Of a DNA stretch of 64,000 nucleotides, positions 36,517 to 45,290 are shown piece by piece. Numbering within the stretch: the stretch's first letter is position 1; the number at the start of each line of letters is the position of its first letter. The stretch comes from Candidatus Magasanikiibacteriota bacterium. GTDB lineage: Bacteria > Patescibacteriota > Patescibacteriia > Magasanikbacterales > GWA2-37-8. The DNA is taken from NCBI GenBank assembly GCA_041666745.1, contig JBAYGI010000003.1, forward strand, positions 76,782 to 140,781, given 5' to 3'. Made by a program: the position numbers and the translations under genes. Below the pieces are notes generated by a model, which saw only the letters and a program-made list of their open reading frames with translations, was not told the origin of the DNA and did not search any database.

Positions 36517-36840
36517 GGAGAGTAGTGCGCAACTACCAACCCCACTCCCGATCAGCCAGTTAATGGCGATCGAACTTTGTGAACCGCGGTCAGCGCGGCC
36601 ACACCTCCTTCGCCGGCTTCTTGACGACCGGTGAAGATGGACGACGATCAGACGCCGGCGGATTCCACCGCGCTTCCTCGTCGTGTTGGAAAAGCTCCTC
36701 CTTGCCGCCACGGACCACAGTGGTCACAGGCGGCGGCGTGTTGTCTGGAGTGGGCCGCACGACAAATTTGACCTCGCAACTGACATCCTCAGTCATAGTG
36801 TCCTTCCTTGAAGAAATGGTGGTACTTAACGCACTACTCT
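36517..36840. other. 324-bp GC-rich island (~60% GC in a ~35% GC context) bounded by ~20-bp imperfect terminal inverted repeats; carries a 68-codon ORF
   Basis: Left GAGAGTAGTGCGCAACTACC (36517-36536). Right GGTACTTAACGCACTACTCTA (36820-36840). The 11-bp perfect core is AGAGTAGTGCG / CGCACTACTCT. Confidence 0.5.
36590..36796 (-). CDS. Hypothetical small Pro-rich protein (68 aa) encoded in the GC-rich island
   Basis: ATG preceded by AAGGAAGG at a 6-nt spacing (the strongest SD in the window). MTEDVSCEVKFVVRPTPDNTPPPVTTVVRGG.... Composition is atypical for this genome. Followed by the terminator at 36438-36473. Confidence 0.3.
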   Translation of the reverse strand: MTEDVSCEVKFVVRPTPDNTPPPVTTVVRGGKEELFQHDEEARWNPPASDRRPSSPVVKKPAKEVWPR

Positions 36841-36869
36841 AACAGTTTTGCATACTCTCAAACTATCAC

Positions 36870-38018
36870 CTAACTGTCAATAAAGTTATCCACACTAAAT
36901 CTCTTTTCCAGTTTTAAACCGGCCGAAGTGTAGCGATTGGATGCATTCCAAAGCAACCAGCCGGCATTGGGATATTTTTCTACCATATCTATCTCCGCGC
37001 GGATATTTTTTGCGCCGTAAACTGCCCCAATATTAAAAGCTTGCAACCACGGTCGCACTTGGGCACGTTTGTCCACAAACAACGGCGCGCCTTTTTTCAT
37101 TCCATTATCAATTACCTTTCCCGGGTTCGCTGCCGGATTGGATAAACCCAAATGTCCTTTGGCATAGTGCGACGGATACATCATCGGCGAAATAAAATCG
37201 ACCACATCTACCGCCGTATCAATTTTTTGACCAATACTCATACCGGTATTATTTTCCATCACCAATCCAAAAAAATCTACTGACGTGTAGGCCGGTTCAT
37301 CGTTGAGTTGTTCGGATAAAAATTTAAAAAAATCAGCCATCACCGCGTTGCGTTCAGTTGTTTTTGGAATTACCGCATTTGCCATATTGCCATCGGTAGG
37401 AAAACGTACATAATCAAAATTGATTTCGTCAAAACCCAACGCTATTACTTCTTTGGCAATGTCCATATTATATTGCCACAAATCTTGGCGCGCGCTATCT
37501 ACCCAAGATAAACCCTTTTTATCTTTCCAAATTCCACCCTTTTTATTCTTAATCGCCCACTCCGGTTTTTTTTCTGCCAAAATAGGATCTTGAAAAACTG
37601 TTTGGCGGGCAATCACATAAATACCGTGGGCGTGTAATTTTTTAATTAAATCCGGAATATTTTTCAAAACAACCCGCTTAGTTTTTAATTCTTTAACAAC
37701 CGGTATTTGGCTGTTGTATAAAATATAACCGGTATAATCTTTGATATCTATCACTACTGCATTGAGCTCGGTGGTGTCAATTAATTTAATAATCTCGTCA
37801 ATTTTTTTAGTATTATTGGCTGAATTAGCAGTCAGATATATTCCTTTGACAATTTGTTGAGGAACCTTTTCGCGGGGTGGCAAAACAACTTCAGATACAT
37901 CTGCGACCGCTTGCGCCTTCGGTAAAAAATGAGGGCAACAGAATACCACAAAAACAGTCAGCCAGGCCAATGGTAAACCAACAATCAATACTTTCCAAAA
38001 CTGTCCCCTTTTCTCCAT
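36870..38018 (-). CDS. Putative glycoside-hydrolase-like TIM-barrel protein (GHL/DUF4015-like), membrane-anchored
   Basis: 382 aa with an N-terminal TM. Motifs FDEINFDYVRFP and ISPMMYPSHY are as in GHL-family predicted glycosidases. Confidence 0.45.
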   Translation of the reverse strand: MEKRGQFWKVLIVGLPLAWLTVFVVFCCPHFLPKAQAVADVSEVVLPPREKVPQQIVKGIYLTANSANNTKKIDEIIKLIDTTELNAVVIDIKDYTGYILYNSQIPVVKELKTKRVVLKNIPDLIKKLHAHGIYVIARQTVFQDPILAEKKPEWAIKNKKGGIWKDKKGLSWVDSARQDLWQYNMDIAKEVIALGFDEINFDYVRFPTDGNMANAVIPKTTERNAVMADFFKFLSEQLNDEPAYTSVDFFGLVMENNTGMSIGQKIDTAVDVVDFISPMMYPSHYAKGHLGLSNPAANPGKVIDNGMKKGAPLFVDKRAQVRPWLQAFNIGAVYGAKNIRAEIDMVEKYPNAGWLLWNASNRYTSAGLKLEKRFSVDNFIDS

Positions 38019-38086
38019 ATTAACTCGATTTCTTGAAACTTACTGCTTGGATTATACCACACCTAGCCAAAATCCGCACCTCCCCC

Positions 38087-38115
38087 TTGACAAAACCGGC
38101 GATTTGTGCTATTAT
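38087..38115 (+). promoter_or_regulatory. Near-consensus sigma70 promoter for the GT4 gene (-35 TTGACA, 17-bp spacer, extended -10 TGCTATTAT)
   Basis: TTGACA at 38087-38092 and TATTAT at 38110-38115 with TGC immediately upstream. The ATG is at 38148. Confidence 0.55.
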
Positions 38116-38147
38116 TACCGGTTAATTTTATTTAATCCAAGCCAAAT

Positions 38148-39308
38148 ATGCGGATCGCCATGATCGGACAAAAAGGGATTCCGGCAATCTACGGAGGCAT
38201 CGAACGCCACGTGGAAGATTTGTCGCGCGAACTGGTCAAACAAGGCCACGATGTTTTGGTATATGCCCGCGCTTGGTATACTTCTACCGCTTTAAAAAAT
38301 TACCACGGTGTAAAAATTGTCCATACTGCTACGATTCACACTAAACATCTAGACACTATCGCTCACACCTTTACCTCCACTTTAAATGCTTTGCGTCAAA
38401 ATTGTGATGTGATTCATTACCATGGTGTTGGTCCGGCTTTGTTGTCTTGGATTCCAAGAATATTTTCTCCAAAAACCAAAGTGATAGTTACTTTTCACTG
38501 TATTGATCGCTACCACCAAAAATGGGGCGTGCTAGCCAAACTCATGCTTTGGCTCGGTGAAAAAGCCGCTTGTACTTTTCCTCATCAAACGATCGCCGTT
38601 TCCAAAACAATCCAAAGTTATTGCTTGAACGAATATCATACCAAAACAGACTATATTCCAAACGGCGTAGTTATTTCCAAAAATAACAACGACGTCTTAT
38701 TGGAAAAATATAATCTCAAAACAGATAAATATATTTTGATGGTATCTCGTTTGGTGCGCCACAAAGGTGTCCATTATTTATTGGAAGCCTGGCAAATGGC
38801 TCGTCAGCAATATCCGGAATTGTTAAAAGATTATAAATTGGCAATTGTTGGTGGCAGTACATTTACCGATGACTATATTGAAGAATTACATTACATCGCC
38901 CGCGGTGATAAAAGTATCGTGTTTACCAATTGGTTGCACGGACAAATCTTGGAAGAAATTTATGCCAACTGCGCTTTGTATATCAATCCTTCGGAAAACG
39001 AAGGGATGCCGATAACGGTATTGCAAGCGATGGCTTATGGTAAGCCGGTGTTGTTGTCTGATATTCCTGAACATCTGGAATTGATTAATGACCGCAATTT
39101 CTTATTCCACAGTGCCAGTATCGTAGACTTGGCGGATAAAATAATCCGTTTGATTAAAGACGAAGATTTACGTGCTACGGCTGGATTGGAAAATAAAAAA
39201 CTTACCAAGAAGAACTTCAATTGGAGTGAACTAAGCAAACAAACTTTGGCTGTTTATTCTCCATTAGAAAAAATTAAAGCGGCTCGATTTAAGATTGCGC
39301 ATGTTTAA
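38148..39308 (+). CDS. GT4-family glycosyltransferase (glycosyl transferase group 1)
   Basis: MRIAMIGQKGIPAIYGGIERHVEDLSRELVKQGHDVLVYA. The C-terminal GT4 fold reads NPSENEGMPITVLQAMAYGKPVLLSDIPEH, an EX7E-type motif. 386 aa. Confidence 0.8.
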   Translation: MRIAMIGQKGIPAIYGGIERHVEDLSRELVKQGHDVLVYARAWYTSTALKNYHGVKIVHTATIHTKHLDTIAHTFTSTLNALRQNCDVIHYHGVGPALLSWIPRIFSPKTKVIVTFHCIDRYHQKWGVLAKLMLWLGEKAACTFPHQTIAVSKTIQSYCLNEYHTKTDYIPNGVVISKNNNDVLLEKYNLKTDKYILMVSRLVRHKGVHYLLEAWQMARQQYPELLKDYKLAIVGGSTFTDDYIEELHYIARGDKSIVFTNWLHGQILEEIYANCALYINPSENEGMPITVLQAMAYGKPVLLSDIPEHLELINDRNFLFHSASIVDLADKIIRLIKDEDLRATAGLENKKLTKKNFNWSELSKQTLAVYSPLEKIKAARFKIAHV

Positions 39309-39339
39309 TTAACTGCGACAAAAAATAGAGAGAGATTAT

Positions 39340-39403
39340 ATTTTTGCTTTTTTTGCCCGCGAGGGCAAAAGGATGAGCCTCGGCTCATAACCCGCAAAAA
39401 CAT
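39340..39403. repeat. Structured intergenic repeat, copy 2 (between the GT4 gene and the convergent methyltransferase gene)
   Basis: TTTTTTTGCCCGCGAGGGCAAAAGGATGAGCCTCGGCTCATAACCCGC. Outer IR TATATTTTTGC / GCAAAAACATA. The 3' end is truncated relative to copies 1 and 3. Confidence 0.55.
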
Positions 39404-39427
39404 AACTTATCCCGATTTTTTTATATT

Positions 39428-40138
39428 TTATTTTTTAGCAGTGACGATTAAATTTCTGGCGCTTTTGTCATCCTTAGTGTTTTGTTCATCATCATAGAAC
39501 AAATTGATCTTTTTAAAACCGGTTTTTTGTAGAAGACTGTTTAATTCCTCTTTTGAAAAATGGTGATAGTATCGCTCGGAAACAATTTTGCCATCATTAT
39601 TTTTCCAAGGAACCATAAAATCATTATCCCCGATCTTTTGCCAATCTTTTTTTAACTTGCTTTGTGCCCAATCGGATTCCAGATTCCAAACGGTGATTAT
39701 TATCTGTCCGCCGGATTTCATCTCTTTGTAAACTTTTTTTAATAAATCTAGACGAGTTTTTTCATCCGGCAAATGATGGAACGAAGCGATCATAAAAACT
39801 AAATCGAAAAAATTGTCAGTAAATTTTTTATCGCGTGTGGCTGTTGAAAAAAAATTTACTTTACCGGACTCGATATCTACCGACCATTTTTTACGCGCAA
39901 TCTTTAACAATTCACCACTTTGATCCAACCCAAAATATTGGATTTTTTTATCTTTTAACAAAAATAATAGCCGTCCATTACCACAACCCCAATCCAAAAT
40001 ATTTTGACCGTCTTTAATTAATTTTTTAAACTGTTTCAGCTCATCCCAGAGATCAAAACGGGTACCTGAAAAACGTTCGGCAATGCGGTTGTAATCCTCG
40101 CGAGTTTTGTGTATAATGGCCTTTGAATCCATATGCAA
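39428..40138 (-). CDS. Class I SAM-dependent methyltransferase
   Basis: NILDWGCGNGRLLFLL (motif I) ... FDLVFMIASFHHL. 236 aa. Confidence 0.7.
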   Translation of the reverse strand: MHMDSKAIIHKTREDYNRIAERFSGTRFDLWDELKQFKKLIKDGQNILDWGCGNGRLLFLLKDKKIQYFGLDQSGELLKIARKKWSVDIESGKVNFFSTATRDKKFTDNFFDLVFMIASFHHLPDEKTRLDLLKKVYKEMKSGGQIIITVWNLESDWAQSKLKKDWQKIGDNDFMVPWKNNDGKIVSERYYHHFSKEELNSLLQKTGFKKINLFYDDEQNTKDDKSARNLIVTAKK

Positions 40139-41731
40139 ACAATTGAAGAAAAAATTATCCTAGACTGTTATAAAAAACAGCCCAAAGACGCGGAGGCGCT
40201 CAATAGTATTAAGCGTCGAATTTTACGTACCGAAAAACCCGGTTACATCCCTACTTCCACCCAACTGCTTAAAGCATATCACAAACTGGTCAAACAAAAC
40301 AAGATAAAGATTAGTCCACAGCTCGAAAAAAATCTTTTGCGCCGAGCCGTACGGACTTTGTCTGGGGTGACTATAGTGACGGCGCTCACCAAACCGTTTC
40401 CTTGCCCCGGACAGTGTGTCTACTGCCCTACCGAAGCCCGTATGCCCAAAAGCTACCTATCAGACGAACCAGCCGCGGCTCGAGCTTTGTCTTTGCAGTT
40501 TGATCCTTACGAACAGGTCGCTCGCCGTTTGGATAGTCTGGAAAAAAACGGACATCCGACCGACAAAATAGAACTGATTGTAAAAGGTGGCACTTGGAAC
40601 GCTTACCCAATAAAATATCAATACTGGTTTATCGCTCGTTGTTTTGAGGCTTGCAATCATACCAAAAAAACTATCGTATCCGAAAAAATGTCTTTGGAAG
40701 AACTGCGAAAAAAGATGATCAAAATTCAAGCTAAAAACGAACTGGCCAAACATCGAATTATTGGTTTGACTTTGGAAACCAGACCCGACTTCATCAATGA
40801 AAAAAATATTACTGACATGCGTAATCTGGGATGTACTCGCGTGGAAATGGGCATACAACATACTGATGAAAATATTTTGAAATTAACCAAACGTGGACAT
40901 GGAGTAAACGAATCCGTGCAAGCCAGCAAACTTTTACGAAAATATGGTTTTAAATTGGATTATCATCTCATGCCACAACTACCGGGGAGCACTCCCAAAA
41001 AAGACCTCAACATGTTACGTAAAATATTTTCCGATAGTCGTTTTCGTCCGGACATGATTAAAATTTATCCATGCACGGTCGTAGAAAATTCCGAACTATA
41101 TTCTTGGTTGGCTGAAAAAAAATTCAAACCGTATTCAGACAAACAATTATTAAAAATTCTCAAAGAATTTAAATCAGACGTGCCATATTATGTTCGAATT
41201 TCCCGTTTGATTCGAGATATCCCTTCCAATCATATTAAGGCGGGAAATATGATGACCAATTTGCGTCAAGTTATCCAAGCCGAAATGATCGCCGAAGGTA
41301 AAAAATGTTCATGTTTGCGCTGTCGAGAAATTGGACATCAAAAACCAATTGATTGGTCCAAAGAAAAAATAAAATTCTTTATCGATATATACGAATCCAG
41401 TGACGGCACCGAATATTTTTTAAGTTTTGAAAACACTAAACGCAGTGCAGTGTTGGGTTTTTGTCGTTTACGTATCGATAAAAATGGAATCTATCCGGCC
41501 TTTATACGCGAATTGCATATCTACGGACAATCACTTGAAATAGCCCAGAAAGAAAAAGGTGCCAGCCAGCACACCGGACTGGGTAAAAAACTGATGCAAG
41601 CGGCAATAAAAATTTGTAAACAAAATAAAATACCGCGCTTGGCAGTAATTTCCGGTGTTGGGGTGCGCGATTATTATCGTAAACTGGGAGCAAAGTTGGA
41701 AAATACTTATATGGTGTTTGACATTAAATAA
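40133..41731 (+). CDS. ELP3-family radical-SAM / GNAT acetyltransferase (bacterial Elongator-protein-3 homolog, tRNA-modification candidate)
   Basis: 532 aa. Radical-SAM CxxxCxxC is present as CPGQCVYCP. A C-terminal GNAT fold follows (GLGKKLMQAAIKICKQNKIPRLAVISGVGVRDYYRKLGA). Confidence 0.65.
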   Translation: MQTIEEKIILDCYKKQPKDAEALNSIKRRILRTEKPGYIPTSTQLLKAYHKLVKQNKIKISPQLEKNLLRRAVRTLSGVTIVTALTKPFPCPGQCVYCPTEARMPKSYLSDEPAAARALSLQFDPYEQVARRLDSLEKNGHPTDKIELIVKGGTWNAYPIKYQYWFIARCFEACNHTKKTIVSEKMSLEELRKKMIKIQAKNELAKHRIIGLTLETRPDFINEKNITDMRNLGCTRVEMGIQHTDENILKLTKRGHGVNESVQASKLLRKYGFKLDYHLMPQLPGSTPKKDLNMLRKIFSDSRFRPDMIKIYPCTVVENSELYSWLAEKKFKPYSDKQLLKILKEFKSDVPYYVRISRLIRDIPSNHIKAGNMMTNLRQVIQAEMIAEGKKCSCLRCREIGHQKPIDWSKEKIKFFIDIYESSDGTEYFLSFENTKRSAVLGFCRLRIDKNGIYPAFIRELHIYGQSLEIAQKEKGASQHTGLGKKLMQAAIKICKQNKIPRLAVISGVGVRDYYRKLGAKLENTYMVFDIK

Positions 41732-41842
41732 CAAACCTCGCTATTTGCCTGTCTATTACCGGCGTGGTAATATAGATACTAACGATAAATATTACATATG
41801 ATCTAAAAATAAATATTTCCCTTCACTCACAGTGAAAATACT

Positions 41843-41977
41843 CGGTAAATTTGTGACTCACTCGGCTCTGACTCTGAACTCGTCGCTTGACGCTCCTCAA
41901 ACAGCAGAGTCAGCCACGCCTCGTTTGTCTACAAATTTTACCTCATATTTTCAATGTTCGTTCAGGAAAATATTTAT
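41843..41977 (+). ncRNA. Copy B of the ~130-nt conserved noncoding element, immediately upstream of glyA
   Basis: See copy A (29133-29264). It ends 25 nt before the glyA ATG. Confidence 0.4.
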
Positions 41978-42001
41978 TTTTTTCTTAATTTTTACAATAT
42001 T

Positions 42002-43249
42002 ATGTATACACATACTTTGAGTGAGTTCGATCCGGATGTTTTGAGCAGTATTAAAAAAGAACAACAGCGCCAAGAAGAAGGACTGGAAATGATTCCTTCG
42101 GAAAATTTTGTTTCGCCGGCGGTTTTGGAAGCGCTCGGATCTGTATTGACTAATAAATATTCTGAAGGCTATATTGGAAAAAGATATTATGGTGGTTGTG
42201 AATTTATTGATGAGGTAGAGCAATTGGCGATTGATCGCGCTAAACAACTGTTTGGAGCTGAACATGTCAACGTTCAACCGCTTTCCGGCGCGCCGGCCAA
42301 TATTGCGGTGTATTTTGCGTTGATGCAACCTGGCGACACAATATTAGGGATGGATTTGTCTCATGGCGGACATTTGACCCACGGACATCCGGTAACCTAT
42401 ATGGCCAAAGTTTTTAATTTTATTCGTTACAAAACTGACGCGGAGGGAAAAATCGATTTGGACAATTTACGACAAATTGCAATCGAGCACAAACCAAAAA
42501 TTGTTTTAGTTGGATACAGCGCCTACTCTCGTGAAATCGAATATGAAAAAATAAAAGCTATCGCCGATGAAGTCGGCGCGATTACTATGGCGGATGTGGC
42601 TCACATCGCCGGACTGATTGCGGGAGGAGTTATGAATAATCCAGTGCCAATTTTTGATGTGGTTACCACCACCACCCACAAAACATTACGCGGTCCGCGC
42701 GGTGGTATGATTATGTGTAAAGAAAAATTTGCCAGCGCTATCGACAAAGCAGTTTTTCCGGGTCTCCAAGGTGGTCCACATGAAAACAATATTGCCGCCA
42801 AAGCGGTTGCTTTCAAAGAAGCTTTGTTACCTGAGTTCAAAGAATACGCTGTCCAAATAAAAAAGAATGCCAAAACATTGGAAGAAGAATTTAATAAATT
42901 GGGATACAAATTATGTTTTGGAGGCACCGACAATCATTTACTGTTAATTGATGTAACTATAAAAGGCATTGGCGGAAAACAAGCCCAAATCGCCCTAGAC
43001 AAAGCCGGCATTACAGTAAATAAAAACATGATCCCCGATGACACCCGCTCACCATTTGACCCATCAGGCATTCGTCTGGGCACACCAGCCCTCACCACTC
43101 GCGGGATGAAAGAAAATGAAATGTGTAAAATTGCGATTTGGATAGATGAAGCGATTTTAAATTATAATAACGAAGAAAAACTAGCTGACATAAAAAACCA
43201 AGTAAAAGAACTAACAAAAAACTTCCCGTTATACCCAACCATAAAATAA
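42002..43249 (+). CDS. glyA: Serine hydroxymethyltransferase
   Basis: [30 protein letters not shown]...[12 protein letters not shown]...[14 protein letters not shown]. Start assigned to ATG 42002 ([14 protein letters not shown]). The upstream 16 codons of the track ORF overlap the conserved element. Confidence 0.9.
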   Translation: MYTHTLSEFDPDVLSSIKKEQQRQEEGLEMIPSENFVSPAVLEALGSVLTNKYSEGYIGKRYYGGCEFIDEVEQLAIDRAKQLFGAEHVNVQPLSGAPANIAVYFALMQPGDTILGMDLSHGGHLTHGHPVTYMAKVFNFIRYKTDAEGKIDLDNLRQIAIEHKPKIVLVGYSAYSREIEYEKIKAIADEVGAITMADVAHIAGLIAGGVMNNPVPIFDVVTTTTHKTLRGPRGGMIMCKEKFASAIDKAVFPGLQGGPHENNIAAKAVAFKEALLPEFKEYAVQIKKNAKTLEEEFNKLGYKLCFGGTDNHLLLIDVTIKGIGGKQAQIALDKAGITVNKNMIPDDTRSPFDPSGIRLGTPALTTRGMKENEMCKIAIWIDEAILNYNNEEKLADIKNQVKELTKNFPLYPTIK

Positions 43250-43280
43250 ACAAAAAAAATACAAAAAACAAAACACAGAA

Positions 43281-43372
43281 GTAGCGATAGATGGTCTTTG
43301 AGCGGGTTATGAGCCGAGGCTCATCCTTTTGCCCTCGCGGGCAAAAAAAGCGAAAAGACTATCTATCACTAC
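43281..43372. repeat. Structured intergenic repeat, copy 3 (reverse orientation), nested in a 16-bp outer inverted repeat between glyA and pyk
   Basis: Outer IR GTAGCGATAGATGGTC (43281-43296) / GACTATCTATCACTAC (43357-43372). Core GAGCGGGTTATGAGCCGAGGCTCATCCTTTTGCCCTCGCGGGCAAAAAAA is the reverse complement of the copy 1/2 core. Confidence 0.6.
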
Positions 43373-43425
43373 GAAAAAAAAATTGGAACAAAAAAACTCG
43401 TTTAATGTAAACGAGTTTTTATTTG

Positions 43426-44865
43426 TTATTTTACATCACGTACTTCAAGTAGATTTATCGTTCCCGCCTCTCCTACTGGTTCCCCCGCCACCACAATCAC
43501 CTTATCTCCTTTTTTTACCAAATGTCTCTTTTTGATATAACTGACGGAATTTTCAACTAACTCCTCAATCGTACGACAAGGATGCAAAATGAACGGACGA
43601 ACTCCCCAAGATAAATTTAATTGACGTTGGACACGCTCACTCGTAGTGGCCACCACAATGTGAACATTGGGTCGAACACTACTGATCGATCTACCGGTAT
43701 CTCCAGAAATAGATGCCACCAAAATAGCTTTGGCTTTTACTTCTTCAGCCAAAACTCGTGATAAATTTGTAATAGCATTTTCCGAACTGACATTGCTTTC
43801 TTTAATAATCGGTATCAACATGTCATCGTAGTGAGATTTTTCAGTCGTAGCGATAATATCCGCCATAGTTTCCACTACCAATATTGGGTGTTCACCGACC
43901 GATGTTTCATTGGAGAGCATCACCGCATCGGCATGATCAATAACCGCGTTGGCCACATCAGACACCTCAGCGCGCGTAGGACGACGGCTGGAGCTCATAG
44001 AATCAAGCATCTGGGTCGCCACAATCACCGGCTTGGCGGCTTTATTGGCCGCTTCGATAATTCTTTTTTGCACCAAAGGTACTTCGGCCGCTCGAATCTC
44101 CACTCCCAAATCACCACGAGCCACCATTACACCATCGGCGGCGGCCAAAATTGATTCAATATTTTCGACAGCTTGCGGACGTTCGATTTTGGCAATAATT
44201 TGAATCGGATGTTCTGATTTCAAACCCAACTTGTCTTCGTATTCTTTAATCAAAAAACGGGTATCCAAAATATCTTCGGCGCGATTTACAAATGATATCG
44301 CTACCATATCCACTCCCATCTTTACACCAAAAAGTAAATCCTCTTTGTCTTTGATGGTCAATGAAGATAAAGAAATATTACTGTCAGGCAAATTCACTCC
44401 TTTGTGAGAAGTCAACAAACCACCTTCAACTACTTTGGCAAATATTTTACCATCGGCTAGTTTGTCAATTTTGGTTTCACAACGCCCGTCATTGATAAGC
44501 AATCTATCCCCCGGTTTCAAAAAATTATACAATTCCGGATGATTAAAAGGAATGGCGTCTTTTTTGTATTTATCAATCTTGGTATCAAAAATAATTTCTT
44601 GATCATCTGTTATCTCCACGCCCGCTTCCGGCATTTCTCCTATTCTAATTTTTGGACCTTGCAAGTCTTGTAAAATAATAATCGGTTCATCCATTTCTTT
44701 TTCCAACTCTCGAATATTGTTATAAATTTTTGTAAACTCGTCATAATTGCCGTGAGAAAAATTTAAACGAGCGCAATTCATACCGGCATGAACCATTTGT
44801 TTCAAAATCTCTTTGTCTTCGCAAGCCGGACCGATAGTAGCGACAATTTTGGTGTGTTTGTGCAT
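43426..44865 (-). CDS. pyk: Pyruvate kinase
   Basis: KIVATIGPACEDKEILKQMVHAGMNCARLNFSHGNYDE...MVARGDLGVEI. 479 aa. Confidence 0.9.
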   Translation of the reverse strand: MHKHTKIVATIGPACEDKEILKQMVHAGMNCARLNFSHGNYDEFTKIYNNIRELEKEMDEPIIILQDLQGPKIRIGEMPEAGVEITDDQEIIFDTKIDKYKKDAIPFNHPELYNFLKPGDRLLINDGRCETKIDKLADGKIFAKVVEGGLLTSHKGVNLPDSNISLSSLTIKDKEDLLFGVKMGVDMVAISFVNRAEDILDTRFLIKEYEDKLGLKSEHPIQIIAKIERPQAVENIESILAAADGVMVARGDLGVEIRAAEVPLVQKRIIEAANKAAKPVIVATQMLDSMSSSRRPTRAEVSDVANAVIDHADAVMLSNETSVGEHPILVVETMADIIATTEKSHYDDMLIPIIKESNVSSENAITNLSRVLAEEVKAKAILVASISGDTGRSISSVRPNVHIVVATTSERVQRQLNLSWGVRPFILHPCRTIEELVENSVSYIKKRHLVKKGDKVIVVAGEPVGEAGTINLLEVRDVK

Positions 44866-44869
44866 AAAA

Positions 44870-45289
44870 TTATTTTAATAACACTTTTAGCTGTTCTTGT
44901 TTGGCCGGATCAAGTGGTAAAATTTTTAATAGTTGATCAATCGAATTGGAATTGTTGGTATTATTGGTATCAGTCGTAGTCTTGCCACCCAACAAACCGC
45001 CATAAGTATTTTGCAAATCTTTGATCAGTGGTGGCAAAAACCAAATTGCCAAAACTAACGGTATTACAATAATCAAAATTCGAAACCAATTGGCAATCGC
45101 CGACCACATCAATTTGTTGTTTATTTTACGATTTTGTTCGTAGATTATTTGCGACCATTTTAAATTTTTCTCCAACAACTCTTTGATGGTTTCGGTGTCA
45201 GTTTTTGGAGTGAGTTTTTTCTCCTCGGTAGAAGTGGAAATGGTTTTGTTTTCCTCTTTTGGGTCGGTCGTATTTTTATGTCTAAACAT
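44870..45289 (-). CDS. Hypothetical small membrane protein
   Basis: 139 aa. One TM (FRILIIVIPLVLAIWFLPPLI) and low-complexity termini. Confidence 0.3.
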   Translation of the reverse strand: MFRHKNTTDPKEENKTISTSTEEKKLTPKTDTETIKELLEKNLKWSQIIYEQNRKINNKLMWSAIANWFRILIIVIPLVLAIWFLPPLIKDLQNTYGGLLGGKTTTDTNNTNNSNSIDQLLKILPLDPAKQEQLKVLLK

Positions 45290-45290
45290 A

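Noticed and set aside
36579-36842. 87-aa plus-strand ORF in the GC-rich island
   Set aside because: It has no RBS. It is antisense to the minus-strand 68-codon ORF, which has a near-perfect SD and a downstream terminator. In high-GC DNA, long spurious ORFs are expected on both strands.
36490-36860. GC-rich island as RNase P RNA, tmRNA, SRP RNA or an rRNA fragment
   Set aside because: I checked both strands by eye for the universal motifs: RNase P GGAAAGUCC and ACAGAA(A/U)CC, the tmRNA GGUUCGA(A/U)UCC T-arm with CCA end, and SRP GGAAGCAGCCAAGGCAG. None is present. A covariance-model scan would be the decisive test.
41843-41977. ZTP (pfl) or THF riboswitch upstream of glyA
   Set aside because: glyA is a known target of these classes, but I cannot find the pfl pseudoknot consensus or the THF three-way junction motifs in the element. 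It is reported instead as an unassigned conserved element that needs an Rfam scan.
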